A stretch of DNA of 64,000 nt from Botryllus schlosseri. Taxonomy: Eukaryota. Of this stretch, positions 25,402 through 34,964 are shown one piece after another (position 1 is the first letter of the stretch; each line of letters opens with the position of its first letter). The stretch is taken from NCBI GenBank assembly GCA_051294905.1, contig CM119371.1:39744001-39808000 (forward strand), given 5' to 3'. A program made the position numbers and the translations under genes. The notes beneath the pieces are model-generated. The model worked only from the letters and a program-made list of their open reading frames with translations. It was not told where the DNA came from and ran no database searches.

Positions 25402-26584
25402 GAGCTTCTTGGAGGTACAGAACTACAATATACAATTGAATACTATATTCATATTAAAATGAACCCGAGTATTTTCGGCTGACACTCGTCAGGGGTAATC
25501 GTCAGCATGCTGGTGACGTCATATTTTGTTTTCTGTTGATATACAACAGGGGCGGGCAACATACGGCCCGCCGACAGTTTCCCGTCGTAGGTGATAATGT
25601 GGCCCGCCGGCCGGTGTCCCGTCAATACCGAGAAAACCATTACCGAGAATGGACATCACGAAGAATGGACATTACCGAGAATGCAATGTAGGCATGTTAT
25701 GCATATATACAGGTCGTGTGCATGTGCATGGCGGCATTGCCACATTCGGTGTCGATTCTCAGATATAAATTTTTCAACAACGCCTTTTCAGTAAGTTATT
25801 CTTGGCATTGGCCGTTCTCGGCAATGTCCATTCTCGGTACTGGTTTTCTTGGCATTGCTATAGAATCGTAAATGCTACTAATGCAAGTCTACTCGCTTCT
25901 ACTGACTTACGCGTAAGCTCCACTCTCACACGCTGCGCACACACGCAAATAATACCATACAGTCACTAAAATTTGACGAAGGAAGCAAGTATAGTGGGGA
26001 CTCTCGGCAGACTAGGGCCGCGGGGGTTCTATATCAATACCGAGAAAACCATTACCGAGAAAGGACATGACCGAGAATGCGTGCGAGAGTGGAGCTTATG
26101 CGTAAGTTCGTCGAAGTGAGAAGACTTGCATTATCGGCATTTACGATGTATTCAACCCTACTGAATTGATATCTTCGTAAGTTTTGGGTACCGGGCTTAT
26201 CGAACGCCTTAAAATCTTAATTAAGGATCGCACCATGTGTTGATTGAAAATGGCGGCGCCTGTATGACAATGGCGTTCTCAAATCCACATTGTCTTCGTC
26301 ATTATCGACAAGAAATGGCTTCGAAATGACATTGCTATCGTTACAATACATTCATTACATGCGATTTGTTCCTTGTATATGTCGATGAATGGGCGAATAA
26401 TGTATCGATTCAGCTATTCGGCCCGCAAAGTACTTAATTTCCCCACATCCGGCCCGCCGACTGGAGAAGTTGCACGCCCCTGATATACAATGTTCTTTCC
26501 AATTCTCTACCAGTTGCTGACGATTACCCTGACGAGTGTCAGCCGAAAATATTGGGGTTCATTTCAATATGAATATACTATTCA
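25402..26584. mobile_element. palindromic hammerhead-bearing element, copy A (putative non-autonomous Penelope-like), expanded by a nested hAT MITE
   Basis: Inverted arms with hammerhead motifs at 25463-25496 (-) and 26526-26558 (+); one-sided tail GAGCTTCTTGGAGGTACAGAACT; flanking direct repeats ATAATTTTGAT/ATCATTTTGAT. Confidence 0.65.
25547..26482. mobile_element. hAT Buster/Charlie-like MITE nested in copy A
   Basis: CAGGGGCGGGCAAC...GTTGCACGCCCCTG; perfect TSD ATATACAA with central TA (25539-25546 and 26483-26490); GGCCCGC motifs. Confidence 0.88.
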
Positions 26585-26814
26585 ATCATTTTGATTTTAT
26601 AGTAGATCAACGTAATCACTTGAACGAGTGCTACAAGTGTGCAAATCTACTTGAATACTTTGAAAAGCAGAAGTACTTAAATACTGACCCGCTCTGTATA
26701 CCATATACTACCTATACAAGATTGTCATTGACAATGTGGTCACAGTTATGGATGATTGAGTTAGTGACCCGCTTTCCTACGCAGTGATACTACCTGTTCT
26801 GTGATGTGTGCAAC

Positions 26815-27024
26815 TGTGACGGGGTGCCATCTATGGCGACTGATGACGTCACGCCTGTAGACAATGCGCTCGCCTGAGATAACCGCAACCTTCTGGGATA
26901 TTCTGTTTTCTGTCCGTGCTGTGTGGTACACGCTTTGTCGTCAATATAACTGTTACGGTATCTGTCTGGCTGTGAACTGATTTACACTTGAAGAGTATAA
27001 AGAACTAGTAGCGACACCGTTACA
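26815..27024 (+). repeat. 5' LTR
   Basis: TGTGACGGGG...CCGTTACA; differs from the 3' LTR by one substitution and one 5-bp indel as read by eye. Confidence 0.97.
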
Positions 27025-27026
27025 AT

Positions 27027-27041
27027 TGGCGAGAACACCAG
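27027..27041 (+). promoter_or_regulatory. putative primer-binding site
   Basis: TGGCGAGAACACCAG starts 2 nt after the LTR end; TGG complements the tRNA CCA end. The cognate tRNA was not determined (TGGCGAG is compatible with an Arg tRNA end). Confidence 0.7.
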
Positions 27042-27093
27042 TCTTCAAGTCAACAACCAGCGATCAGTGCTACAAGACTATACCGGTATCGAT

Positions 27094-28614
27094 ATGGATT
27101 CATTGCGTGAAGAGAATGAGTATCTGCGAGCAGAGTTGGAGCGGGTTCATCGCCGGATCGACGATATGGTGGAAGCCCAAAACAGTACCCTCAGTCGTGT
27201 ATTAACCATTGTACAAAGTTTGGGAGGTGAGAGTATGTCTGCAGCCCCGAATGCGGATGGATGTGTGTTTGACAGTAATGATAATGGTGACATGGGGGGA
27301 TTTGTTGATATGACTGACAGTAAAACTGGTGTGATGTCTCCAGAACCACAGTATGTAAATGATAAAGTGCGTGTTACTCGTAACAATTCTGTACACCCCA
27401 CTCCATCTAGTCATAGCATGCTCAAACCCGCTGTTGGTGTTATTAAACTGGAACCATTTGATGGTGTGAATATGCCCATTAGCGATTATTTGTGTCATTT
27501 TGATGCGGTGACATTGGCCAACGGATGGGACGAACAAACTGCTTGTGCTAGGCTTAATGCTAGCTTACGTGGTAACGCTTTGCAAGTGCTTGCACAAATG
27601 TCGGCTGATTGCCGTCGGGATATTGATCGTGTAATTGCCCAATTGCAGAAGCGCTACATTCCATGGGGTATGGAAACCTTGAGCCGTACTGAATTTAACA
27701 AACGTAAAATGAAATTGGGAGAATCCCCAACAGAATTCGCATCAGTTCTGGCTACGCTTAGCTTGAAGGCTTTTCCACGTATGAATTCTGCGGCTCGTGA
27801 TGAGTTTGTGTGTCAACAGTTTATCAATGGTCTTGGTGATATTAACCTTCGCCGACAGCTAACATTGATGAAAACAAGTAACCTTGATGAACTAGTTGCT
27901 TCTGCGGATTTGTATTTCTCTGTCGATGGACCGCCTAACAGTCAATTGTTCGAAACTAGTAAACCAGTTGTGGCTCCTGTAGGTCTGAAACCAAAAAATG
28001 GCGCTGAAAGTCTTGCAGTAGGCAAGCGTGATAATGAGATGGAATCGAAAATTGACAAGCTGATTGACCTAGTTAGCAACCTAGTGACTGCCAGAAATCA
28101 AGCACCGATGAGTAGGCCTAGAAGCCCTCCCTATCGAAGAAGAGTAACATTTGGGTATGGACCTTGCCATAACTGTGGAGTGACTGGACACATTCACAAA
28201 AACTGCCCAAACTCCCATTGTGCTAACTGTGGCCAGTTGGGCCACCTTCTAGTTGCCTGTCCCAATAGGAATGGAGATGGTGTTCCACCAGTCACCCGTG
28301 AACATGATGCCCCACCAATCAGGCAATTCTTTAAACATGCCATAGCAGACCATGGGTCCGATGGCGCTGCTCTTATGGATATGGACCAGGATTTGGAAAG
28401 ACTTATGAATTTTGTTTGTGCGCTTCGGCTCACATCTAGCTGGTACACCGTTGCATCGGTGAATGGCAGTCTGTCAGCTAAACTTTTGGTAGACTCAGGC
28501 AGTCCCCGTACCTTCCTAGACTATGATTTGTACACTCGACTGTATGATATAACTGATTTGAAACCATGTGATATCCCATTTGTTACTGCTTCTGGTGGTC
28601 CCTTGGAGCTATAA
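27094..28614 (+). CDS. gag: Gag (capsid-like region, two CCHC zinc knuckles) plus N-terminal half of the aspartic protease
   Basis: First ATG at 27094; CHNCGVTGHIHKNC and CANCGQLGHLLVAC at 28165-28260; protease active site LVDSGS (DSG 28492-28500); ends at an in-frame TAA within the protease. Confidence 0.93.
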   Translation: MDSLREENEYLRAELERVHRRIDDMVEAQNSTLSRVLTIVQSLGGESMSAAPNADGCVFDSNDNGDMGGFVDMTDSKTGVMSPEPQYVNDKVRVTRNNSVHPTPSSHSMLKPAVGVIKLEPFDGVNMPISDYLCHFDAVTLANGWDEQTACARLNASLRGNALQVLAQMSADCRRDIDRVIAQLQKRYIPWGMETLSRTEFNKRKMKLGESPTEFASVLATLSLKAFPRMNSAARDEFVCQQFINGLGDINLRRQLTLMKTSNLDELVASADLYFSVDGPPNSQLFETSKPVVAPVGLKPKNGAESLAVGKRDNEMESKIDKLIDLVSNLVTARNQAPMSRPRSPPYRRRVTFGYGPCHNCGVTGHIHKNCPNSHCANCGQLGHLLVACPNRNGDGVPPVTREHDAPPIRQFFKHAIADHGSDGAALMDMDQDLERLMNFVCALRLTSSWYTVASVNGSLSAKLLVDSGSPRTFLDYDLYTRLYDITDLKPCDIPFVTASGGPLEL

Positions 28615-31600
28615 GGCACAGTGGTGTTGACCCTACGTATTGGTGAATTTTGTGCACAACAAGAGGTTGTGATTGCTCGTCTGGGTGCGCCATATGGCTT
28701 GTTAGGGTGTGATTTTATGGAGAAGCATGATGCTGTTTTGTACATGGGTAAAGGAATGATGAGTTTGCATGGACAAAATGTTATATTGCAACAGCTGTCG
28801 GTGTCTTGTTGTGGTGTTATAACTCAGAAACAGATAATAGTTCCTAAGTGGAGTGAAAGAGCTGTCATGGGTGCTGTGAGTGGGCCTTGGTTGCCGTCCG
28901 TTTCACAGTATGGTGTGGTTGAATCTTCGCCTGTGTTTGAGTGCCAGTATGATAATCGTGGTTTGCGTGTGTTGTCCGGTTTGGTCGATCCTACATGTAA
29001 TGAGGTCCCTGTAATGTTTATAAACCTATCTCAAAATGATATTGTAATCCCTGCTGGGGAACGAGTAGGCTCTTTAGAGCCCCTTGCGACTTGTGGATCT
29101 GTGGCGGCGCGTGACACCGTGGAAGTTGAACCGTGCTTGGATCTGCCAGACCATCTGCGACACCTCGTAGAAGAACCAGACCACTTGAATGTACAACAGC
29201 GACAACAGTTAAGAGATCTTCTCATCAAGTATCAGGACATATTCACGGGGCCTGATGGGAAATTGGGATATACCACTTTGATTGAGCACAATATTATGCT
29301 ATCTTCTACAGTACCAGTTAAGGTGCCTCCGCGACGTTTGAGTTGGAAGGCACGAGAAATTGTGGGTGAGCAGATCAAAAAGATGGAAAAACTGGGCGTT
29401 ATCGAGAAGGCCCAAAGCCCGTACAACGCGCCGATTGTTCTGGTTCCAAAGCGGGATAACACGTACCGTTTCTGCACCGACTTCCGGAAATTGAATACAA
29501 TCACGGTAAAGGATGCCCATCCTCTGCCCCGCATTGATGATATCCTGGATTCTCTGGGTGGGGCAAAATGGTATTGTACTCTTGATCTTGAATCCGGTTT
29601 TTGGCAAGTTCCCCTGAATCCAAGTGACCGAGACAAAACTGCATTCAGCGTACCTGGGCATTCGCAATTTCGATGGACAGTCCTTTGCTTTGGCTTGTGT
29701 AATGCGCCCGCCACGTTCATGGCAATGATTGAGAAGTTACTTGATGGACTCTTGTGGAAGAAATGCCTTGCCTTCATGGACGACATTTTGGCGTATGGGG
29801 AGAACTTTGACCAAACACTCTGCAATCTGGAAGATGTTTTCAAGCGAATTCGTGACGCTGGTCTTAAGCTTAAGCCTAAAAAATGCAAACTGTTTTACCA
29901 GGAGGTGGAGTACCTGGGACATGTGATTTGCCCAGATGGTCTCAAGTGTAGTGATGACAAAGTTTCTGCTGTAAAGGATTGGCCAGTGCCGAAAAATCTC
30001 AAGGATGTTCAAGCGTTCCTCGGCACGGCAAACTATTATCGAAGATTCATTGACCAGTTTTCAACCATTGCAGAGCCATTGGTGAAACTCACTCGGAAGA
30101 AAGCTACCTTTGAATGGTCCGATGATTGTCAAGCGGCATTCCGCTCTCTTAAACAGAAATTAACAAGTACACCAATATTGGCTTATCCGCTTGAGACTGC
30201 AGGAGAGTTTGTTCTCGATACTGATTGCTCTGGCTTTGGTGCAGGAGCAGTCCTCTCCCAATTACAGGGAAATGAAGAAAGGGTTATTGCGTATGCCAGC
30301 AAGACGCTAAACAAGCAACAGAGACGATATTGTGCCACCTTCCGGGAATTATATGCTGTACAGTGGGCCGTGAATCATTTCAGGTCCTATTTGTGGGGAA
30401 GGCCATTCCGGCTGAGAGTGGATCACAGCTCTTTACAGTGGTTGTACAACTTCCGGAACCTAGAAGGCATTACGGCGAGATGGGTCAGCATGTTGGATAC
30501 GTTCAACTTCAAAATTGAACATAGAGCGGGGGCAAAGCATGGCAACGCAGATGGACTTTCCCGCATCAGACGTAAATGTGAAAGGGATTGCTGTGTTACA
30601 TGCGGAGACAAGCCGGACATTGAACCAACATGTTTCCTACCCGGATTGGAAGTGACTGCTATTCTACCAGGTCCTGTAAGCAGCGCTGATGAGAGAATGT
30701 GCTCTTGGCTGGAATCATATAGTCCAAGTCAACTTAGAGAACTGCAGAGAAAGGATGAATGCATATCAGTCGTACTGAACTGGAAGGAGACGAGAGATGA
30801 TGCTCCTAAAGGCATTGAACTTTTACCATATCCAAGGGATGTCCGCACCCTATGTATGCAATGGAATGTCTTGCGAGTTTTGGATGGCGTCTTGCACCGA
30901 GAATTTTTGTCACAAAAACCGGGCAATGTTGAGCTCTTTCAAATTGTGATGCCATCGAGCTTGCGTAAGGATATCTACCGGTTACTCCATGAATCGAGAA
31001 CAGGCGGCCATCTTGGCAAAGAGAAAACTTACAAAAAAATTCGATCAAGATTTTACTGGCCAAATATGCATAGACAAATTGCTGATTGGACCAGGTTATG
31101 TAAACCGTGCTTTGCTGCAAAAACGCCATTACGACAACATCAGGCCTACTTGCGCAAAATGCCATGTGCAGAAATCATGGACAGAGTTGGCATTGATCAC
31201 ATTGGACCATTACCATTGTCTGAGAACGGCAATGAGTATATATTATGTGTTACGGACTATTTTAGTAAATTTGTGGAAGCATACCCTGTCAAAGATGTTA
31301 AAGCTGTAACTACCGCGGAGGCGCTGGTCAATCAATTTTTCACAAGATATGGTGTTCCATTCACCATTCATTCTGATCGTGGATCCGCATTTGAATCTGA
31401 GCTGTTTCGTCATCTCATGAAATTGTTCGAAATTGACAAGACTCGAACAACATCGTACCATCCACGTAGTGATGGTCTGGTCGAGAAATTTAATGGGACT
31501 TTGCAAAAAATGATAAAAACGTTTTTGGGGAATGGAAATCGCAATGATTGGGAGGACTACATCCCTTATCTGTTGATGGCATACAGATCCACGGTTCATG

Positions 31601-32130
31601 AGAGTACAGGGTACACGCCCAACCGACTCATGTTTGGGAGAGAAATTTCCCTTCCCACAGACTTGATGTTTGGAAAACCATCTAACGAACTGTCGTTCGA
31701 GTTTTATCATGAATATGTACAATGGGTCGAATCAACAACATCTGATGCCTTTACGTTTGCAAGACAGCAGCTGTCGAGATCTGCTGAGAAACAGGAGCGC
31801 AACTTTAACCTCTCTGTTAAACCAGCCACATACTGTGTCGGCGATTTAGTCTGGTTCTTCTATCAACCCTTGGTGAAGAAATTGTCCAATGGGTGGGTTG
31901 GACCATTCAAGGTCATTGAAGTGAAATCGCCATACCTGTACCGAATCGAGAACTTGGACAATGGGCAGTGCAGACTTTCGCATGCTGATCATATCAGACC
32001 TTATCTGCTGGAGACGCGGGAATCATCGCCCTCTACATCAGATCCTGCTGCTGACGATACGACGCCAACCACCACTCGTGCGGGCCGACAGATCAACAGA
32101 CCTGGTCGTCTGCAAGACTACATAACGTGA
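28615..32130 (+). CDS. pol: Pol, same frame after the TAA: rest of protease, RT, RNase H, integrase
   Basis: GLLGCDF (protease end); RFCTDFRKLN, LDLESGFWQV, FGLCNAPATF, FMDD (RT); LDTDCS, RELYAV, HGNADGLSR (RNase H); H..H..C..C, GIDHIGP, IHSDRG, GLVEKFN, GPF (integrase). No env or chromodomain seen. Confidence 0.97.
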   Translation, partial: GTVVLTLRIGEFCAQQEVVIARLGAPYGLLGCDFMEKHDAVLYMGKGMMSLHGQNVILQQLSVSCCGVITQKQIIVPKWSERAVMGAVSGPWLPSVSQYGVVESSPVFECQYDNRGLRVLSGLVDPTCNEVPVMFINLSQNDIVIPAGERVGSLEPLATCGSVAARDTVEVEPCLDLPDHLRHLVEEPDHLNVQQRQQLRDLLIKYQDIFTGPDGKLGYTTLIEHNIMLSSTVPVKVPPRRLSWKAREIVGEQIKKMEKLGVIEKAQSPYNAPIVLVPKRDNTYRFCTDFRKLNTITVKDAHPLPRIDDILDSLGGAKWYCTLDLESGFWQVPLNPSDRDKTAFSVPGHSQFRWTVLCFGLCNAPATFMAMIEKLLDGLLWKKCLAFMDDILAYGENFDQTLCNLEDVFKRIRDAGLKLKPKKCKLFYQEVEYLGHVICPDGLKCSDDKVSAVKDWPVPKNLKDVQAFLGTANYYRRFIDQFSTIAEPLVKLTRKKATFEWSDDCQAAFRSLKQKLTSTPILAYPLETAGEFVLDTDCSGFGAGAVLSQLQGNEERVIAYASKTLNKQQRRYCATFRELYAVQWAVNHFRSYLWGRPFRLRVDHSSLQWLYNFRNLEGITARWVSMLDTFNFKIEHRAGAKHGNADGLSRIRRKCERDCCVTCGDKPDIEPTCFLPGLEVTAILPGPVSSADERMCSWLESYSPSQLRELQRKDECISVVLNWKETRDDAPKGIELLPYPRDVRTLCMQWNVLRVLDGVLHREFLSQKPGNVELFQIVMPSSLRKDIYRLLHESRTGGHLGKEKTYKKIRSRFYWPNMHRQIADWTRLCKPCFAAKTPLRQHQAYLRKMPCAEIMDRVGIDHIGPLPLSENGNEYILCVTDYFSKFVEAYPVKDVKAVTTAEALVNQFFTRYGVPFTIHSDRGSAFESELFRHLMKLFEIDKTRTTSYHPRSDGLVEKFNGTLQKMIKTFLGNGNRNDWEDYIPYLLMAYRSTVHESTGYTPNRLMFGREISLPTDLMFGKPSNELSFEFYHEYVQWVESTTSDAFTFARQQLSRSAEKQERNFNLSVKPATYCVGDLVWFFYQPLVKKLSNGWVGPFKVIEVKSPYLYRIENLDNGQCRLSHADHIRPYLLETRESSPSTSDPAADDTTPTTTRAGRQINRPGRLQDYIT

Positions 32131-32287
32131 CATATTTTCATCATTTTGTCGTTCGATTTTCACAATCCGTTGTCCTAACCATTTGTATTTTCGTTGCTTT
32201 TTGAGCTTTTACGCCGAAGTATTTTTGGTGTATCGTTGCTTTTTGTTTTAAGGTAGATATTTTCTCATGTACCATTCGAAAAAATTT

Positions 32288-32298
32288 GGAGGGGGGAG
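32288..32298 (+). promoter_or_regulatory. polypurine tract
   Basis: GGAGGGGGGAG just upstream of the 3' LTR. Confidence 0.88.
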
Positions 32299-32300
32299 TA

Positions 32301-32515
32301 TGTGACGGGGCGCCATCTATGGCGACTGATGACGTCACGCCTGTAGACAATGCGCTCGCCTGAGATAACCGCAACCTTCTGGGATATTCTGTTTTCTGTC
32401 CGTGCTGTGTGGTACACGCTTTCTACTGTCGTCAATATAACTGTTACGGTATCTGTCTGGCTGTGAACTGATTTACACTTGAAGAGTATAAAGAACTAGT
32501 AGCGACACCGTTACA
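32301..32515 (+). repeat. 3' LTR
   Basis: Direct repeat of 26815-27024. Confidence 0.97.
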
Positions 32516-34476
32516 CAACGAGGTGTCGCTCCACCTGCGCGCCCATCCCAGTGAATATGCGGCGATATTGATACACATTACCATGTGGATAAAAACGACA
32601 TAATGCATTTCGACGGGCGCGCAATTTCGATCGTCATCATCTTCAATTAAAACTGGATGTAGGTATTTCACTTCATTATCAAATCTATTTTTAGAATTTA
32701 CATACTTTAATGCTTCTCATACCTGTCATTCTACTGACCATTTCCCATAGCAGCCGGAATCGGTGACGGCGCCACAGAAAACTCACGAATAATAATAAAA
32801 AGTTACTGCCATCCGAGTTACTTTTGACGTTGTCTTGAATCACCACCATATCAAATTGTATTTGAGTGGAAATATTGGCATTTGTTAATTTATATTCGAG
32901 TAGCTACGGCGATTATTTTGAAATATATATATATGTTGTTTTGACTGTAAAGGTGGTTTGTTGTCGCATTTTGCCACCTTGGACTCGTGCGTCTAGCGCA
33001 GTTCTTCATGGTCGGATTATGAGCGTACATTTTAACAGATATCAAGGTTATCGCTTCTTACTTGCAAACGGACGAATGCTCTTTATAAACACATAATCTT
33101 ACACAAACTAAGCTATCTTACCAAAACTTGACCTCGACACGAGCTGTTCCCGTTTGTGTGGGATTGGCCAAAACCAAAGTCTTACAACGTCTTCTAATTC
33201 AGTTATGGAACGTATTTACATTTAGGCAATTTTTGATAAAGGTTTCAGTAAAAGCTTGCAAGAAAAATAGAAAAATTTGCGATATAAAACTCTTACAAGC
33301 AGCTCAAAACATCATACTACATAAATTAGCAGTATTGAGGAAGCTGCCGGAAGCTGTTAAAATGTTGCATAAGTTGCATTAAGCTTGCCCTAGTGATCAC
33401 TGAAAGAACAGGGATACGTTACCTAAGATTACTTTACTAGCCTACTAGTTAACAACGTGCGCTGTAAGCCCTGATGACTTCGATTGCGAAAAATTCATCT
33501 TTACCTTTATTGTTACCTCGTCTGTTTCAAAAGTTGTTTTACAAAGCTAAATTCATTAGGGTTTATTTGTGAGGCGAATCAGTGTTTTGAAACATGAAAT
33601 TTATAAGAATATTAACTGAAACTTTCACCACTGCCTTCGACTCGCCCTCGCCACTTTAGAACCAAGTGGCATTCGATACAAAATCTCAATTCCTTCACTA
33701 TATAGGCATATCTGTGACTAACAGAACAGTAAATACGTTTCGCTTATTGCTTTTGGCAATACCTGTTTAGAATGTTTTGTAAATAGGTATTCTGTATTAC
33801 ATTTCAATGATGGCAAATTATTTGATGAGAGTTATAGCGAATCGAAGCAAATATGAAACGTTTGTAACGGGACATTCGCTAAAAATAATTGATCATATCT
33901 GGCGTCTATACTATATGCCTGGAACTGAAAACTGACAATAACTAGCATACCTTGTCTGCCGACATCCTCATTCAAAAGCACTAGCATTACACTTATACAT
34001 TCAAACAGCAGCAAAGCAGGATGGTGCTAATAACAATCTATCTTCCGTGGATATGCGTCTAATCAGTCTCAATAATTACCTACGCGTGTATAGTGGTTTG
34101 ACAGAACCGTCGTGGTGTGGTTCATAGCAATTGAGGGATAAAATCCACATTTAATAGTAGTAAAAATTTAAAGATGCCTATAGAGCAGGCCTGTATCGAT
34201 ATTTCTACGAAGGGTCATATTCTTTTTCGCCGGCAGACCGGTAAGACCGTCGTATATCAATATGGGATTGTTGGAACCCTCAAAATAGTCGGTTCAACAA
34301 CCATAGTACAATGTTAATCGACTATCGGCTCACAATCCAATATTTGTGACGTCATGGATTCAAAACAAAAAAATACATGTTTTAAACAAGGGCCATGATT
34401 TATACATGTTTTTTAATTTGATCTTTGTTTTAAATGCAACCCTACTAGTACAAATGCGACTAGTATCGCAATTTTT

Positions 34477-34964
34477 CAGAGATGAGCGGATTCGGAATTT
34501 CTATGTCCTAATCCAATCCAAATCCGAAGCATCAAATCCTAATCCAAATCCTAATCAAGATCTTTTGTATGTTCAAGTCCATGTCCAATCATAATCCGAT
34601 ACCAACTTGAAATTCGGAAAAAAATGCTAATTTATGCAAGAGAGGAATTGGGAATATTTCATTCACAATCAGCAATTCTCTTGAGTTACGATAACTTGTC
34701 ATAGGGCTGCCCTTCTCATGCTCATTGGCACCAACCGCCATCAAGTGTATCATGGTGTGGTGTGCCATAAGTACATTAATAACTGATCTGAATAAAGTTT
34801 GTCGCCATTCACTACAGAACATCAATATCCCAGAAAATCGGTAAGTTCAATCCAAATCCTAATCCGTTCAGAAATAAATCTCTAATCCTAACCCAATCCA
34901 AATCCGACGAAATTTCACAAATCCTGCTTTTTCAAATCCTAATTCTAATCCATGCTCATCTCTG
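34477..34964. mobile_element. non-autonomous hAT-like MITE, CAGAGATGAGC family
   Basis: TIR CAGAGATGAGC...GCTCATCTCTG; TSD CAATTTTT/CAATTTAT (7/8); AATCC subterminal arrays. Confidence 0.87.

Larger units (their letters stand above)
26815..32515 (+). mobile_element. full-length Ty3/Gypsy LTR retrotransposon
   Basis: TG...CA LTRs of 210 and 215 bp; 4-bp TSD CAAC (26811-26814 and 32516-32519); PBS; PPT; domain order gag-PR-RT-RNaseH-IN. Confidence 0.98.

Noticed and set aside
28621..28623. GTG as an independent start of pol
   Set aside because: It lies mid-protease, two codons after the in-frame TAA; it is an ORF-caller artefact.
27147..31722. Minus-strand and alternate-frame ORFs within the Gypsy element, including the 218-aa ORF at 29232-29888
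   Set aside because: Shadow ORFs of gag-pol with no recognisable motifs.
32131..32300. env gene or chromodomain in the Gypsy element
   Set aside because: Only 170 bp separate the pol stop from the 3' LTR, and the integrase C-terminus shows no chromodomain pattern.
33467..33500. Hammerhead-like CTGATGA...GAAA
   Set aside because: The flanks (AGCC / ATCT) do not form stem I; probably chance.
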